Positions 11,864 to 24,132 of a DNA stretch of 64,000 nucleotides are shown piece by piece. The notes under the pieces are model-generated. The model made no database searches, was not told the origin of the DNA, and saw nothing but the letters and a program-made list of their open reading frames with translations. Source of the DNA: Mobula hypostoma. Lineage: Eukaryota. Made by a program: the position numbers and the translations under genes. The stretch spans positions 186,560,001 to 186,624,000 of the forward strand of contig NC_086097.1 of the NCBI RefSeq assembly GCF_963921235.1. The letters are read 5' to 3'. Each line of letters begins with the position of its first letter. Position 1 is the stretch's first letter.

Positions 11864-12770
11864 ATTTTTTGACAATACGAAGATTGGAGGTGTAGTAGAA
11901 AGTGAGGAAGGTTTTCAAAGCTTGCAGAAGGATTTGGACCAGCTGGAAAAATGGGCTGAAAATGGCAGATGGAGTTTAATACAGACAAGTGTGAAGTATT
12001 GCACTTTGGAAGGACAAACCAAGGTAGAACATACAAGGTAAATGGTAGGGCACTGAGGAGTGCAGTAGAACAGAGGGATCTGGGAATACAGATACAAAAT
12101 TCCCTAAAAGTGGCGTCACAGGTAGATAGGGTTGTAAAGAGCGTTTTTGGTACATTGGCCTTTATAAATCAAAGTATTGAGTATAAGAGTTGGAATGTTT
12201 TGGCGAGGTTGTATAAGGCATTGGTGAGGCCAAATTTGGAGTATTGTTTGCAGTTTTGGTCACCAAATTACAGGAAGGATATAAATAAGGTTGAAAGAGT
12301 GCAGAGAAGGTTTACAAGGATATTGCCAGGACTTGAGAAACTGAGTTACAGAGAAAGGTTGAATAGGATAGGACTTTATTCCTGGAGTGTAGAAGAATGA
12401 GGGGAGATTTGATAGAGGTATATAAAATTATGATGGGTATAGATAAAGTGAATGCAAGCATGCTTTTTCCACTGAGACTAGGAGAGAAAGAAACCAGAGG
12501 ACATGGGTTAAGGGTGAAGGGGGGAAAGTTTAAAGGGAACATGGAGGGGAGGCTTCTTCACACAGAGAGTGGTGCGAGTGTGGAATGAGCTGCCAGATGA
12601 AGTGGTAAATGTGGCTACACTTTTAAAATTTAAGAAATACTTGGACAGGTACATGGATGAGAGGTATATGGAGGGATATGGTCCAGGTGCAGATCAGTGG
12701 AACTAGGCAGAAAAATTGTTCGGCACACCAAGAAGGGCCAAGAGGCCTGTTTTTGTGCTGTAAGGTTCTA
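11864..12770 (+). mobile_element. CR1 LINE part 2 (RT C-half and 3' end)
   Basis: Contains TKIGG, WQMEFNTDKCEVLHFG and LVRPNLEYC. Ends ...ctgtaaggttcta, where the Tc1 frame resumes. Confidence 0.93.
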
Positions 12771-13506
12771 GGAGTTGCAAACTTCAGCGGCTGAGATGGG
12801 AGAAACTGCACATACAACAACTGTTGCCCGGGTGTTTCACCAGTTGCAGCTTTATAGGTGAGTGGCAAAGAGAAAGCCATTGTTGAAAAAAACTCACATG
12901 AAATCTTGGCTAGAGTTTGCCAGAAGGCACGTGGGAGACTCTGAAGTCAGCTGGAAGAAGGTTCTATGGTCTGATGAAACCAAAACTGGCATCAAACTGA
13001 ATGCTATGTTTGGCATAAGCCAAACACCACACATCATCAAAAACACACTATCCCTACCATTAAGCATGGTGGTGGCTGCATTACGCTGTGGGGATGCTTC
13101 ACTGCAGCAGGTCCCGGCTGGCTTGTGAAGGTAGAGAGTAAAATGAATGAAGCAAGATACAGGAAATTCCGGAGGAAAACCTAATGCAGTCTGCAAGAGA
13201 ACTGTGACTTGGGAGTAGATACGCTTTCCAATAAGCCAATGACCCCAAGCATAAAGCCAAAGTGACAAAAGAATGGCTTTAAAACAACAAAGTTAATGTC
13301 CTGACCTCAATCCAATTGAGAACTTGTGACCGGACTTGAAAAGGGCTATTTACTCATGACACTCATGCAATCTAACAGAGCTTGAGCAGTTTTGAAAAGA
13401 AGAATGCAGAAGAATTGCAGTGTCCAGATGTGAAAACCTGATAGAGACCTATCCACATAGATTCAAGGCTGTAATTGTTGCCAAAGTTGCATCTACTAAA
13501 TACTGA
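12771..13506 (+). pseudogene. Tc1 transposase DDE part
   Basis: Contains [37 protein letters not shown] and PDLNPIENL, ending ..STKY*. Confidence 0.9.
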
Positions 13507-13550
13507 CTTGAAGGGGGTGAGTACTTACACAACCAATTATTTGTGTATTA

Positions 13551-13773
13551 CGAGGGGTAATACACAAATAATTCATCTCCTTCTACCGTAGGCCATGAAC
13601 TTATCAATCACCCCTGCTGTGGACCACTTCTACAAAGAAGGGATCCGTATGCTCCACGACTGCTGGACTAAGTGTGTAAATGTAGGAGAGGACTATGTTG
13701 AAAAATAAATGTGCTAGGTTTTCTAAAATTGAGTCCATTTATCTTAGGCCACGAACTTATCAATCACCCCTCA
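13551..13773 (+). mobile_element. Mariner deletion derivative (MITE-like) inserted at TA inside the Tc1 right TIR
   Basis: TA flanks. Encodes the mariner C-terminus FYKEGIRMLHDCWTKCVNVGEDYVEK*. The TIR-like taggcca(t/c)gaacttatcaatcacccct occurs twice. Confidence 0.8.
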
Positions 13774-13940
13774 TATATTTGTAGTTAATTTAGATCACGT
13801 TGTAGAGATTTGTTTTCACTTTCACACAAAAGAGTCTTTTTCTGTTGATCGGTGTCAAAAAAGCGAAATTGAATCCATTGTGATTCAATGTTGTAAAACA
13901 ATAAATCATGAAAATCATGAAACTTTTTTTATAGGCACTG

Positions 13941-14010
13941 TATATATTTTTATATATAGATATAGATATATACACACACACATACATATATATATATACA
14001 TACACACACT
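13941..14010. repeat. (TA)n/(CA)n microsatellite at the Tc1 insertion site
   Basis: Reads tatatat...cacacaca directly. Confidence 0.85.
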
Positions 14011-14099
14011 TATTGTAATTCACTGTTTTTATTATTATGTATTGCAAAGTACTGTTGCTGCATAACAACAAATTTCATGACATATGCCAGTGATATTAA

Positions 14100-14214
14100 G
14101 CAACATACATCAAAGTTGCTGGTGAACGCAGCAGGCCAAGCAGCATCTATAGGAAGAGGCGCAGTCGACGTTTCAGGCCGAGACCCTTCGTCAGGACTAA
14201 CTGAAGGAAGAGAG
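14100..14214 (-). mobile_element. Mini Penelope-like 3' end with intact hammerhead (14163-14198)
   Basis: Flanked by gtgatattaa duplications. The minus strand reads AGTC-CTGACGA-AGG-GTCTCGG-CCT-GAAAC-GTC-GACT. Confidence 0.82.
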
Positions 14215-17196
14215 GTGATATTGTGATATTAAACCTGTTTCTGATTATAATTCAGATTATATGGAAAATTTATAATATGTCTGTTTAAGGTGTTGCAAGG
14301 AGTCTGTCCAATTTTTTTGTACAAAGCATTTACATTCAAGTTTATTTTTCTGTCCTGTTCATACACAGAACAGGCAAAATTCAGAAGACTGACATTTGGA
14401 AGGTTCTCCAGCCATCAGTAATGCTCAAAGTACTTGGTGATCTGAGCAAGTAAAACGAGACATGATGTGGAACACCTGTTAATGTTACAGATACTGCACA
14501 ATGCAGGTAGATAGTTTACTCCTTACCAAGAATGGATGAAATTTCAGAACCTGTAGGCTCTTACCTATATCCTTTAGTGGTTTCACTAAATTAAAGCTCA
14601 AGATTTGTGTACAATTCTCACTTTCATGGATGGTAAATTTGGGAACATACTGATGACCAAAAAATAATCTTGTTGTTCTTTATCTGATTTCTGCTCTTGA
14701 TAAAGATATTGCCACAGTGTACTGCCATTTTACTTGAAAGTTACCACATCTAGAAAAGGTCTAGTATAAAGCTAATATTAACGATAGTAATATTCAAAGA
14801 TCCCATGGCAAAGTAAAATGTATCAGTTTAGTCATGTGGGACAGATTGTTCTATTTACATTCTGAGTGACCTGGAGGCTAGATATTCTCTTTGTCCTATC
14901 CAACCCTCCACCCCACCATCTGTAGCTCAAACTGACTTGTTTTCTCACATTTCCAATTCTGCTGAAACATGAAACCTTAACTCGGTTTCTCCTTCCGCAG
15001 AAGCTCCCTGATTTGCTAAGTGTTTCCTGCATTTTCTATTTTTTATTTCAAATTTCAGATTTCCAGCATCAGCTTACTGATTTTCTACCCCTTTAAGTTA
15101 ACTGCAAGATATACAATAGCATATATTGAAACATATGAGGTTGCAAGAAATCTTGACAGGTGCTTCCTCTTATTGAGTAATCTGGAAAAAGGAGCCACTG
15201 TAACAAAGGAAGATGAGGTAATATTGTTTCTCTCAGAAGGCAATTGGTTTTTGGAACTCTCTTCTTCCAAGGTAAGTGGAAACAGGAGCTTGTATATATA
15301 TTTAAGACAGTGTTAAATTCCTTTTTGATAAACAATGGAGTGAAAGATTGCTGGGGAAGCAGGCTGAGTTTTAAAATCAGATCAGAAATTTTAACTGGAT
15401 GAGTAGATTGAACTTAACAACTTTAACCCTGATTTAAATATTCAATTTCAATTTTGAAGATGAATTTCTATAAAATAATTTGCATCCCATATCTAAGCTA
15501 TGCAATTTTGTGGTTACATAATGATGAGCCCACTATTTTAGCTGAACATACAAAACATGGTAAAAACTATGATGATAAAAGGTTCTATGAGTCACCCTAC
15601 CAATATGATTCATTGCAACAAGATAATTATATTGTGAATTTTAGCTTGTGCTTAGAAAGCAAGCGAAACCTGTGTGGGAGGTAGAAGTGTAGGTCCGGAG
15701 TGGGAGACACTTATTCAGAGTGGGAATTTTGGCATGTATGGTATTTGATAATAACATTGAAAGGCCACAGTCAAGGGTTTGAGTATTATCATATTACTAC
15801 AGTATTTGTCAGAATTTGCAAGGTTTCCTTTTATTAAAATAGCTTAGAAATTCATTTTAAGTACAAAGCTTTGGATCCAATATGAACAGGAGTCATTCTA
15901 ATGGAAGGTGACTCAGTTCACGTACAGTATTTAAAGCCTCTTCCATTGATTAAACATGCACATGCTTCAGATCTATACCTCACATTCAACCTGGAACCTG
16001 GCTTCTTAAAAACCTTTTTCACTTTCTTTGAGTAATAAATTAAAAGAAATCACAACATTTCTCCCCTTAGTTGTAAAATACACCAACGCATCATAGATAA
16101 TTCCATAAACAAGTTGCTTATTTATTTTAAATTTGTTGTCATCAGTATCATAGCATTAAATACTTTTGCATAAACAGTGCTGTTTGTCATTAAAATGAAT
16201 GTTTTAGACTTGAAGTAAATAAATGCCTTAAAATACTTTGATAATATCTGACACGCTTTTTACCTCTTTATTACTTTACTAATGTATGTAATGGTGCAAC
16301 TCTGACTTTCTTTTTGTTGGGACATGGTATTTTTGACTTCTCGTTACTCAGGGTGGTGGCAAGGCCAGACCAAGTAGGCGTGGTTGGATGGAATCAAGAG
16401 TGCCCAAAGCAGAAGAGATCCTTGTAGTGCTTCTTCCTTTAGACATTGACATTCACAAGGTCAGCCCATTTTGTGCTGTCGTCCTGGTTGGACCTTGGGT
16501 GTTTCAGCTGTAAGTGCATTGAAGAAACTGCACTCATTATGACTGCCACTAAATTGCTGTGTCACCTGCACTCTTTCTAGTCTTTGTCACTTCTTTAGAT
16601 CACAGATTTTCTGCTGGACCTCTGCCTTGGGCTTATAGAGTGAAGAATGGTGGTGTTTCTAATCCAGGAATATCTTATATTATTGATTAATTAGTTCCTC
16701 AATCTTCTCATCCTTCTCATCAAACCAGTCCTGGTTCTTGCTAAGATGGTAAGAATCACTTTACGGTTGTAAATTATGGTGAACTTGTCTCGAAGTTAAC
16801 AGATACCTGCCTGAGAAGAAGTTACAGTTTTCCAATACTGCATCTTATTTCCAAACTCTTGTGGTAGTGGAGATAATTTTCTGAATTGATAGGAAACTAC
16901 AACAACCGCACTACAGAATAAAGATCTCATTAGTGGAGCTGCATTAATGAAGCGTGACCAGATGGGTCATATGCGCAACACCTGCAATTCAAAGATAGCT
17001 TTCTGGTGACCATTAAGGAGATTGCTATGGTGAGACATAAAGAAACAGAATACTCAGAAACAGAGACATCAATGAGGTTATCAGATTGAAGATAATCTGA
17101 AATAGGAGTGAGCGAGAAGTAGTGTGTAGTAATCTGGGATTGATCAGAACATCGATGAAGCTGTTTGAACTGCTAGTAACAAACAGCTACTCCCCG

Positions 17197-17454
17197 TGGT
17201 AGTTTAGTGGTTAGCGCAGCGCTATTACAGCTTGGGATGTCGGAGTTTGCAGTTCAATACTGGCATCTTCCGTAAGAAAGTTTGTACATTCTTCCTGTAT
17301 GCACGTGGGTTTCCTCCAGGTGCTCCGGTTTTCTTCCGCAGTCCAAAGATGTCATGGTTAGTAGATGAATTGGTCCTGTGATTAAGCTAGGGTTAAATCT
17401 ATGGGCTGCTGTGCGGTGTGACTCGGTGGGCCAGAACAGCACGTCCAAATAAAT
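17197..17454 (+). mobile_element. tRNA-derived V-domain SINE (HE1-like)
   Basis: A box TGGTAGTTTAGTGG, B box GTTCAATAC, and V-domain gtgggtttcctccaggtgctccggtttt..cagtccaaaga. Confidence 0.82.
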
Positions 17455-18202
17455 GCATTCAAACATGTAGGTGACTAGCCTATTCCTTCAAAATGTTGCT
17501 TGCTGATATCTGGAATATCCCAAAAGAAGGGTTGTATTTATTCGGCTCCAGAGAGGGAGTGTCTGCTGGGACAGTTGATAGATGAAAATTGATTGGCATA
17601 AGCAATCAATTGCTAAGGCATGTCAGATTTGCCTAGAAGAAAACCTATCTATTTTTGTTCTATCTATATCTATTTTTTGCCTGGGAAATCGTCAGTCTCC
17701 AGCATCTCTAAGACAAAGGGTTGAAAACACCTACATTCACCTACATCCTGCACCATCATACAGTGACTGCAGGCTACATTTAATTGAAACAAAAATGCAA
17801 CCTTGAACTAAATATCATGTACATATTCTTGGTGTCTGCCCTCTGACTGTGTTTTTCCTCCTCCTATGCTACAGCATGGGTTGCAGCTGATCTGAGGGAA
17901 GACCTCTCCCGTGTAGTGGTAGAGACTACAGATATTTCTGCAGCATGGTCTTGAGTAGGTCTAAGTGCACATGTCTCAGCTTCACACTGCACTGTCTCAC
18001 TATTAGCAGCAGTAGAGTGGGCTAGTTGGATTAAAAGGAAAGACAACAACTGGGCTGCAAGATGAAGACAGGAGGGTATGGAACTGAGGGAGGTGTATCT
18101 GGGACGCCAGGTAGCATCATTGAGCCCTCTGGAGACATCATGGGCTTATCAATGAAATGTCAAAGAAGTAGGGTGCCCACCTGATGACCCCGATGACGTA
18201 GC

Positions 18203-18680
18203 TACAGGCAATTGTCCCATATCAGATTGCAAAGCACTGCAGTATGTGGTGAAAACTGCCCAGCGGATTATCAGCACCCAATTGCCCACCATTGAGAAGA
18301 TCTACCATAAACGCCGCCTGGGCAGGGTGAAAAGCATTATCAGAGATGCATCTCATCCTAACCATGGACTTTTCCCTCTCCTCCCATCCAGTCGGCATGA
18401 CAGGAGCCTCCGCTCCCGCACCAGCAGGCACAGGAACAGCTTCTTCCCTGAGGCTGTGACTCTGATGAACCTCTCATCAAAGTGCTAAGCAGTATAGCAT
18501 CCGTATTGTACTGTCTCAGTATTTTTATATTTGTGTGCTGTAGCACTTCTTTTATTCGCAGTTATTTTGTAAATAACACTATTCTTTGTATATCTGGTCA
18601 GATGCTAAATGCATTTCATTGGCTTTGTATCTGTACTCGGCACAATGACAATAACATTGAATCTAATCTAATTTAATCTA
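18203..18680 (+). mobile_element. Rex1/Babar-type LINE 3' fragment
   Basis: Translates KALQYVVKTAQRII..DASHPNHGLFPLLPS..RTSRHRNSFFPEAV. The tail is (aatct)n. Confidence 0.8.
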
Positions 18681-18892
18681 AAACGTACTGGGTGCTAACG
18701 TAGTGGCAATGCTGTGATTGCAAATTTTGGTGCAACGAAAAAAGGCTATCTATTTATATTGCACAGTATATCTGCCTTAATCTTGGGTGATACCTAAGCA
18801 TTCTTTGTGACTCCTTGCATGATAGATAACAGGAGTCCTGTAACATATTTAAAATAACTCTATATCCATATCTATAACCATTATGTGACATC

Positions 18893-19765
18893 TGTTACGT
18901 ACCCCGTAACTGGGTTGCCAAACCAGCAGAAATGGATCACTTAGTTGGAGTCTGGATTACTAGAACTAAGAAAGTTTTATTAAAGAAACAAGCAACACAG
19001 TAATCGAAAGGATAAAAATGCAACAGTTCAGCAATGATAAGCACACATGTGCACAGAATTAAGATAACAGCATCAATCAAGCTCTATCGTTGTCTAGGGG
19101 TAAATGACAATTTCAAAGTGACACAAAGTTCAGTCCAATTTAGTTCAGTTCGCAGTAATCGTTGCCATGGCGATGGACAACGTGGGGGGAGGGAGGGAGA
19201 GAGAGAGAGAGAGAACGGGAACGACTGATCATTCAGACATGGCTTCCACTCACAGAGCTGCGATATTGCTCACAAGCAGCTTTCGGGCGAGTCCTTTGTG
19301 ATGTCACCTGAGGTCACCGACTGTGACCCCTCCTCCAGATGCAGTCGATCCTCTGCAGTGAACCCGGCACCCAAGCGAGGGTGGACACACACCGGGTTCC
19401 CGCTGATCGTACTTTTCCACCTTGTGTGTTTATGGCCCGGTACTTTCCACCGACTTGTGAGAGGCGCACCGCTTCCAGGGTTTCGTTACCTCGTGGTGTC
19501 GTGTGTGTGTCCTGCCTTAGCGAACCTGTCCCTTTTTATCCCCCTGCTGGGCTATCACCTGTCCATCACTTCAAACATTTCAGGGTTCAAAGGGGGAGCC
19601 CCTCTAGACAATACCCAGACTGATGGCTCCTTCATTAACACCTCCAAATGCTGCTTCATTGCCTTATCTCTCCCTCCCCTGAGGACAGGTGGCAGACCAA
19701 CTGCTGATGCCACTGATGCTAGCCCAGGCCAGCAAACATCTTAATTTATGTGTATTCTCGTCACA
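18893..19765 (-). mobile_element. Solo LTR (Gypsy-type)
   Basis: tgttacg...cgtcaca termini and a perfect 4-bp TSD catc (18889-18892 / 19766-19769). AATAAA and a TATA-like motif lie on the minus strand. Confidence 0.85.
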
Positions 19766-20225
19766 CATCAGACTCAGTTTTCAGGGCAGATTTATGTGAG
19801 TTTGTTTCATTACCCCTTGAAATCCAGAGGATTTTGTCCATACTACAATGGAAGTTGAGAGCTTAGTTATCAGACTTTGTGCACTGCTTAGTTGGAGCCA
19901 TAGAGTTATAGCCATATTGTACAGAAAATGGCTATTCAGCCTATCACATACATGTTGATCTTTTTGGTCATCTAAACTAACCTCATATTCTCATTTTATG
20001 ATCATATCCTTTCTTGCTTTACCTAATTAGATATCTGTATAAGTTCTCTTAAATGTAATAATTGTATCTGATTTTACAACCTCTTTTGACATTGTGTTCA
20101 AAATATCAAACATACACTATGTAAAAAAAAACCCTAAGCTCCTCTTTAAAACTCTTTCCTCTCACCTTAAACTTCTTGTTTTAGACATGTCTAAGGTTGG
20201 GAAAGGAAGTTAACTATCTTGCCTA

Positions 20226-20330
20226 ACAACACACACAAAATGCTGGAGGAACTCAGCAGGCCAGGCAACATCTATGGAAAAGAGTAAACAGTTGACGTTT
20301 CGGGCCAAGACTCTTCAGCAGGACTGGAGA
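20226..20330 (-). mobile_element. Penelope-like 3' end fragment with decayed hammerhead
   Basis: Same terminal sequence family as the other copies. The minus strand reads CTGCTGA..GAAACGTC. Confidence 0.75.
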
Positions 20331-21519
20331 AATGAAGTCCAGTTTGTAGCCCTTATGCCTATGCTACTGTCTGTATTACGTAAAGGGACATTCTCTGAAC
20401 TAACAGCTATAGGTGACAAATTAAATGATGGAATTCAGCGTTCTTCCCTGGCTTGTTTCCTGTCCTATGTTATTAGGCCAGGGAGTTCTTTGTTCGCTGA
20501 AAAAGAAAAAGAAGATGCCGAGTGGGGTCGTGGAGAGGAGACCAAGCACAGAAGATGCATAAACACTCAGCATCTTCAGCTTATAAATTCTAGGTTGGGG
20601 GATGAAACTTGAGAAAATGGATTACGGATAAATTTATGGTCACCTTCAAAAATCTCGGTGTCACAAATATTAATGAAATACATGGCAGATACAACCGTGA
20701 ATGCAACTGCCGGCTGCTGAACCAGTATGTTTGCCCCACTAGTTCATTAATACTGGTGCCAATGGTGTGCTGCCTTCATCTAGAAGTGAGGGGGAAAGGA
20801 CATGATCGGGTAGACATTTCTGTCATGTTTTAATAGATACGGCTGTGAGGCTTGGACAAGTCCGACAAAACAGGAACGAGTAAGATAATTTAATTATTTT
20901 CCTTAAACTTATTGATGACGAACAATGAATCGTGAAATTGCAGATGAAATGTTTTCAAAATCCAGTATTGTGATTCTAAACAAACGTTATGCTCTTATTA
21001 ATTTTTACTTTCATTGGGAATACTGAAAAATAGTGCCAGTCAATGGTAGGAGTGACCCAAATACATACAATGATGTGGTGCATCGCAATCAAGGGTGGAA
21101 TTTCTATTTTGCAGTCTTCTTTCATGTCTTCTATAAAAACATTTTCTTTGCATTTCAATTGACAATCTTTTTAAAGTACATGGTGATCTAATTCTTTACA
21201 TGTTACGAAATTGTTTTATTGTTGGAAAGTATTGTATTTAAGATTATGATTAGTTAATAAAAATTCTAATGTAATTGGTACCTTCATTCATAGAAATAAC
21301 ATAGTTTTCATACATCATACTTCATTAAAGATTGTGCAGATGAATAACTTATTCCGAGCTTAATATGTTTTATAAAGAAGAAATCCTTTTGTGAAATATT
21401 GCAAGTATCATCTGAATTGGCTTATAACTGAATGCCGATGGACTATTAAATAGGCAAGGTGCTGTATAATGTCCAATTTAATTTAATGAAATGAGCTTAA
21501 CCCTGACCAACAGTAGAAC

Positions 21520-22680
21520 CTGAATGCAAGAGATTCTGTAGATGCTGGAAATCCAGAGTAACACACACGAAATGCTGGAGGAACTCAACAGGTCAGCCAG
21601 CATCTATGGAAATGAATAAACAATGCAAGACCTTCTTCAGGACTGCAATCAAAGGGGGAAGACATCAGAATAGAAAGGTAGTAGGTGGGGAAGGAGGAGT
21701 AGCTAGAAGGTGACAGGTAAAGCGAGGTGGATGGGAATGATAAAGGGCTGGACAAGAAGGAATTTGGTCGGAGAGGAGAATGGGGAAAAGGTGGGGTGCT
21801 GAGGGAGATAATAGGCAGGTGAGCTGAAGAGGTAGGGGGCCAGACTGAGCAATAGAAGAAGAGAGAAAAATTTTATTACCAGAAGGAGAAATCGATGTTC
21901 ATGCTATCGGATTGGAGGCGACCCAAATGGAATATAAGGTGTTATTCCTCCATCCTGAGAGTGGCCTCATCGTGGCAAAAGGGGAAGCCATGGACCAACA
22001 TAATGGAAGTTCTGCTTTTGACCAAATGGAGCAGAGGTACTGAACAAAGTGGTTCCCCAATTTATGTCAGATCTCAACAACCTAGAGGAGCATCAGGAGC
22101 ACTGATACAATAGACGACCCCAACCTATCCACAGGTGAAGTGTTCCTTCACATGAAAAGATTGTTTTAGGCCCTAAATGGAGGTAAGGAAGGAAGTAAAT
22201 GGACAGATGTAGCATTTCTGATGCTTGCAGTGAGATGTACCAGGAGGAAGATTGGTAGGGAGGGATGAATAGACGAGGGAATAATGGAGGGAAGAATCCC
22301 TGCGGAAAATGGAGAAAGGGCAGGGAAGGTAAAGATGTGTATGGTGGGCAGATCCTGATGAAGATGGCGGAAGTTAAGGAGAATGATGTGTTGGGTGCAA
22401 AGACTCATGGGATGGAGGGTGACAACAAGAGGAACTCTAGTCCTGTTCAGGTGGTGGATGTCCAAGAAATGGAGGAGATGTGGGTGAGGGCAGCATCAAT
22501 GGTGGAGGAAGAAAAACCCTCTTCTTTGAAGAAGGACAACATCTCTGAGGTCCTGGAAATGAAAGCCACGTCCTGAGAACAGAAACAATAGAGATGAAGG
22601 AACAGAGAAAAAGGAATAGCATTTTTACAGGAGACAGGGTGGGAAGAGTTGTAGTCAAGATAGTCGTGGGAATCTGAATG
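21520..22680 (-). mobile_element. Penelope-like element (RT thumb, linker, GIY-YIG remnants, 3' end)
   Basis: Contains DSHDYLDYNSSHPVSCKNAIPFS and RVPLVVTLHP. The terminal sequence matches the other copies. Confidence 0.85.
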
Positions 22681-23563
22681 TTTAGTTAGAGTCAACCATC
22701 AGATCTATCCCTAAATTTGTGATGGATATTCACTGTCCTCGGTGAGAGGCCAAGCTTTCCATACACAGCAGACATGAGCTTATAAAGATCAAACAGTTGT
22801 TTTTGAATAAGTTAAACTTCTATCTAATCTTTGTCTTGCAACTGTTCGTAACTGGGGGGCAGGTGTGGGGGGGCTGGTTTTCAGTTCTTAATGTAAATGG
22901 CAAGTGTAATCAGTTTGAAATTAAAGAATGGCTTTGCAAACAAGCACTGTTTATAGAGCAGACTGCTAGTCTACAACTTCTGGTCTAATTGCTGGTGAGG
23001 TGCAGTATAAGACAATAGGTTATTTAATTTGGTTTGTTTCAAACAGACAATGCTGGCTAAATTGTTCACATCAAGGAAGCTTGCAGACCAGATGGATTAT
23101 ATCACTTAGCACATCAATAGCTGATATATTTATGAACTGGATGATTTGTATACTCAGAAGAATTAGATTCACAGCGTTAATTCGGGGTTCCTGGGAACTC
23201 TGTCTCCAGAAGCTGTTGGACCACTTGTGTTAAAAAGCATTTGAAAAATAGTATCATCTGTGTGAAGTCACACAATTGGCAAACAGATGGTTTAACTTGA
23301 GAGCAATTCAGGACTTTTCTGAATGGCTTGGAAATATTAAGAAGCATGATAGAAATATGGGGTGAAACAGAATCCATTCCTCTGCCTTTGATTTCTGCTA
23401 TGGACACTAGTTCATCTATAACTCATTGGTATGTCTTTTAAGACTCATAGGAGTTGTACCTGTGTTTTTTGGAAATCCTTTGTGTTTTAGAAATCATTTG
23501 TAGTTTGGAAATCTTTTATAATATAGAAATTCTCTGATTCTTGGGAATGTCGTTTAAATTTAA

Positions 23564-23777
23564 CACTCACAACACGCTGGAGGAACTCAGCAGGTTGGGC
23601 AGCATCCATGGAAAAGATCGGTCGACGTTTCAGGCTGGAACCCTTCATCAGGATCAGGACGTTCCGGCCCGAAACGTCGACCGATGTTTTCCACGGATGC
23701 TGCCCGACCTGCTGAGTTCTTCCAGCGTGTTGTGAGTGTTGCTTTGACCCCAGCATCTGCAGATTATTTTGTGTTTT
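23564..23777. mobile_element. Fold-back mini Penelope-like element, second subfamily, with hammerhead core on the minus strand (23620-23655)
   Basis: 12-bp TSD gtttaaatttaa (23552-23563 / 23778-23789). Inverted arms of ~78 bp. Minus strand reads GATC-CTGATGA-AGG..CCT-GAAAC-GTC-GACC. Confidence 0.85.
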
Positions 23778-24132
23778 GTTTAAATTTAAATGTGTAGCAC
23801 AGAAAATAAGTGAATTTGGTTTAAACTACTTTATTAACTGGAAGTAATGTTCTCCTTGGTAAGGAGGGGGTACCTAGGGCTCAGATAGTGGATATTGCAG
23901 CTCAACTCACCATGGAGAATAAACAGGTAAATGAACTAGCTTTTGAAGTTTGGGTAGTTATGGCATGACCTCCCTGCAGTGAGGCACTGCTGCTGTATCT
24001 ATATCGGATATGGCTTAAGGTCTTTGTTTGACTTTAGAACTTTGCATTCAGCAAACCTAATACCATTACGAGTTTGTTCATTCCTATGGTCTTGAATTTT
24101 AGTCATTTGTACTTGCGCAGGTTTCCGTAAAT

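Larger units (their letters stand above)
1..13940 (+). mobile_element. Tc1-family DNA transposon (IR/DR type), decayed, split by a ~12.2 kb nested insertion; the window starts inside the left TIR
   Basis: Bases 1-150 are the reverse complement of ~13510-13890. The right end is ...ataggcactg followed by TA. Transposase pieces lie at 342-585 and 12771-13506. Confidence 0.92.

Noticed and set aside
14830..15400. Very old Penelope and CR1 tail fragments (similar traces near 19900-20220, 25600-26000, 27400-28000, 38650-38720, 49520-49880, 52820-52920)
   Set aside because: They are recognisable only as short degenerate traces, with boundaries too uncertain to list as features.
17197..17270. tRNA gene
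   Set aside because: A and B boxes are present, but no cloverleaf forms and the sequence continues into a SINE V-domain.
19298..19744. 148-aa ORF
   Set aside because: It lies wholly within a solo LTR and has no domain similarity.
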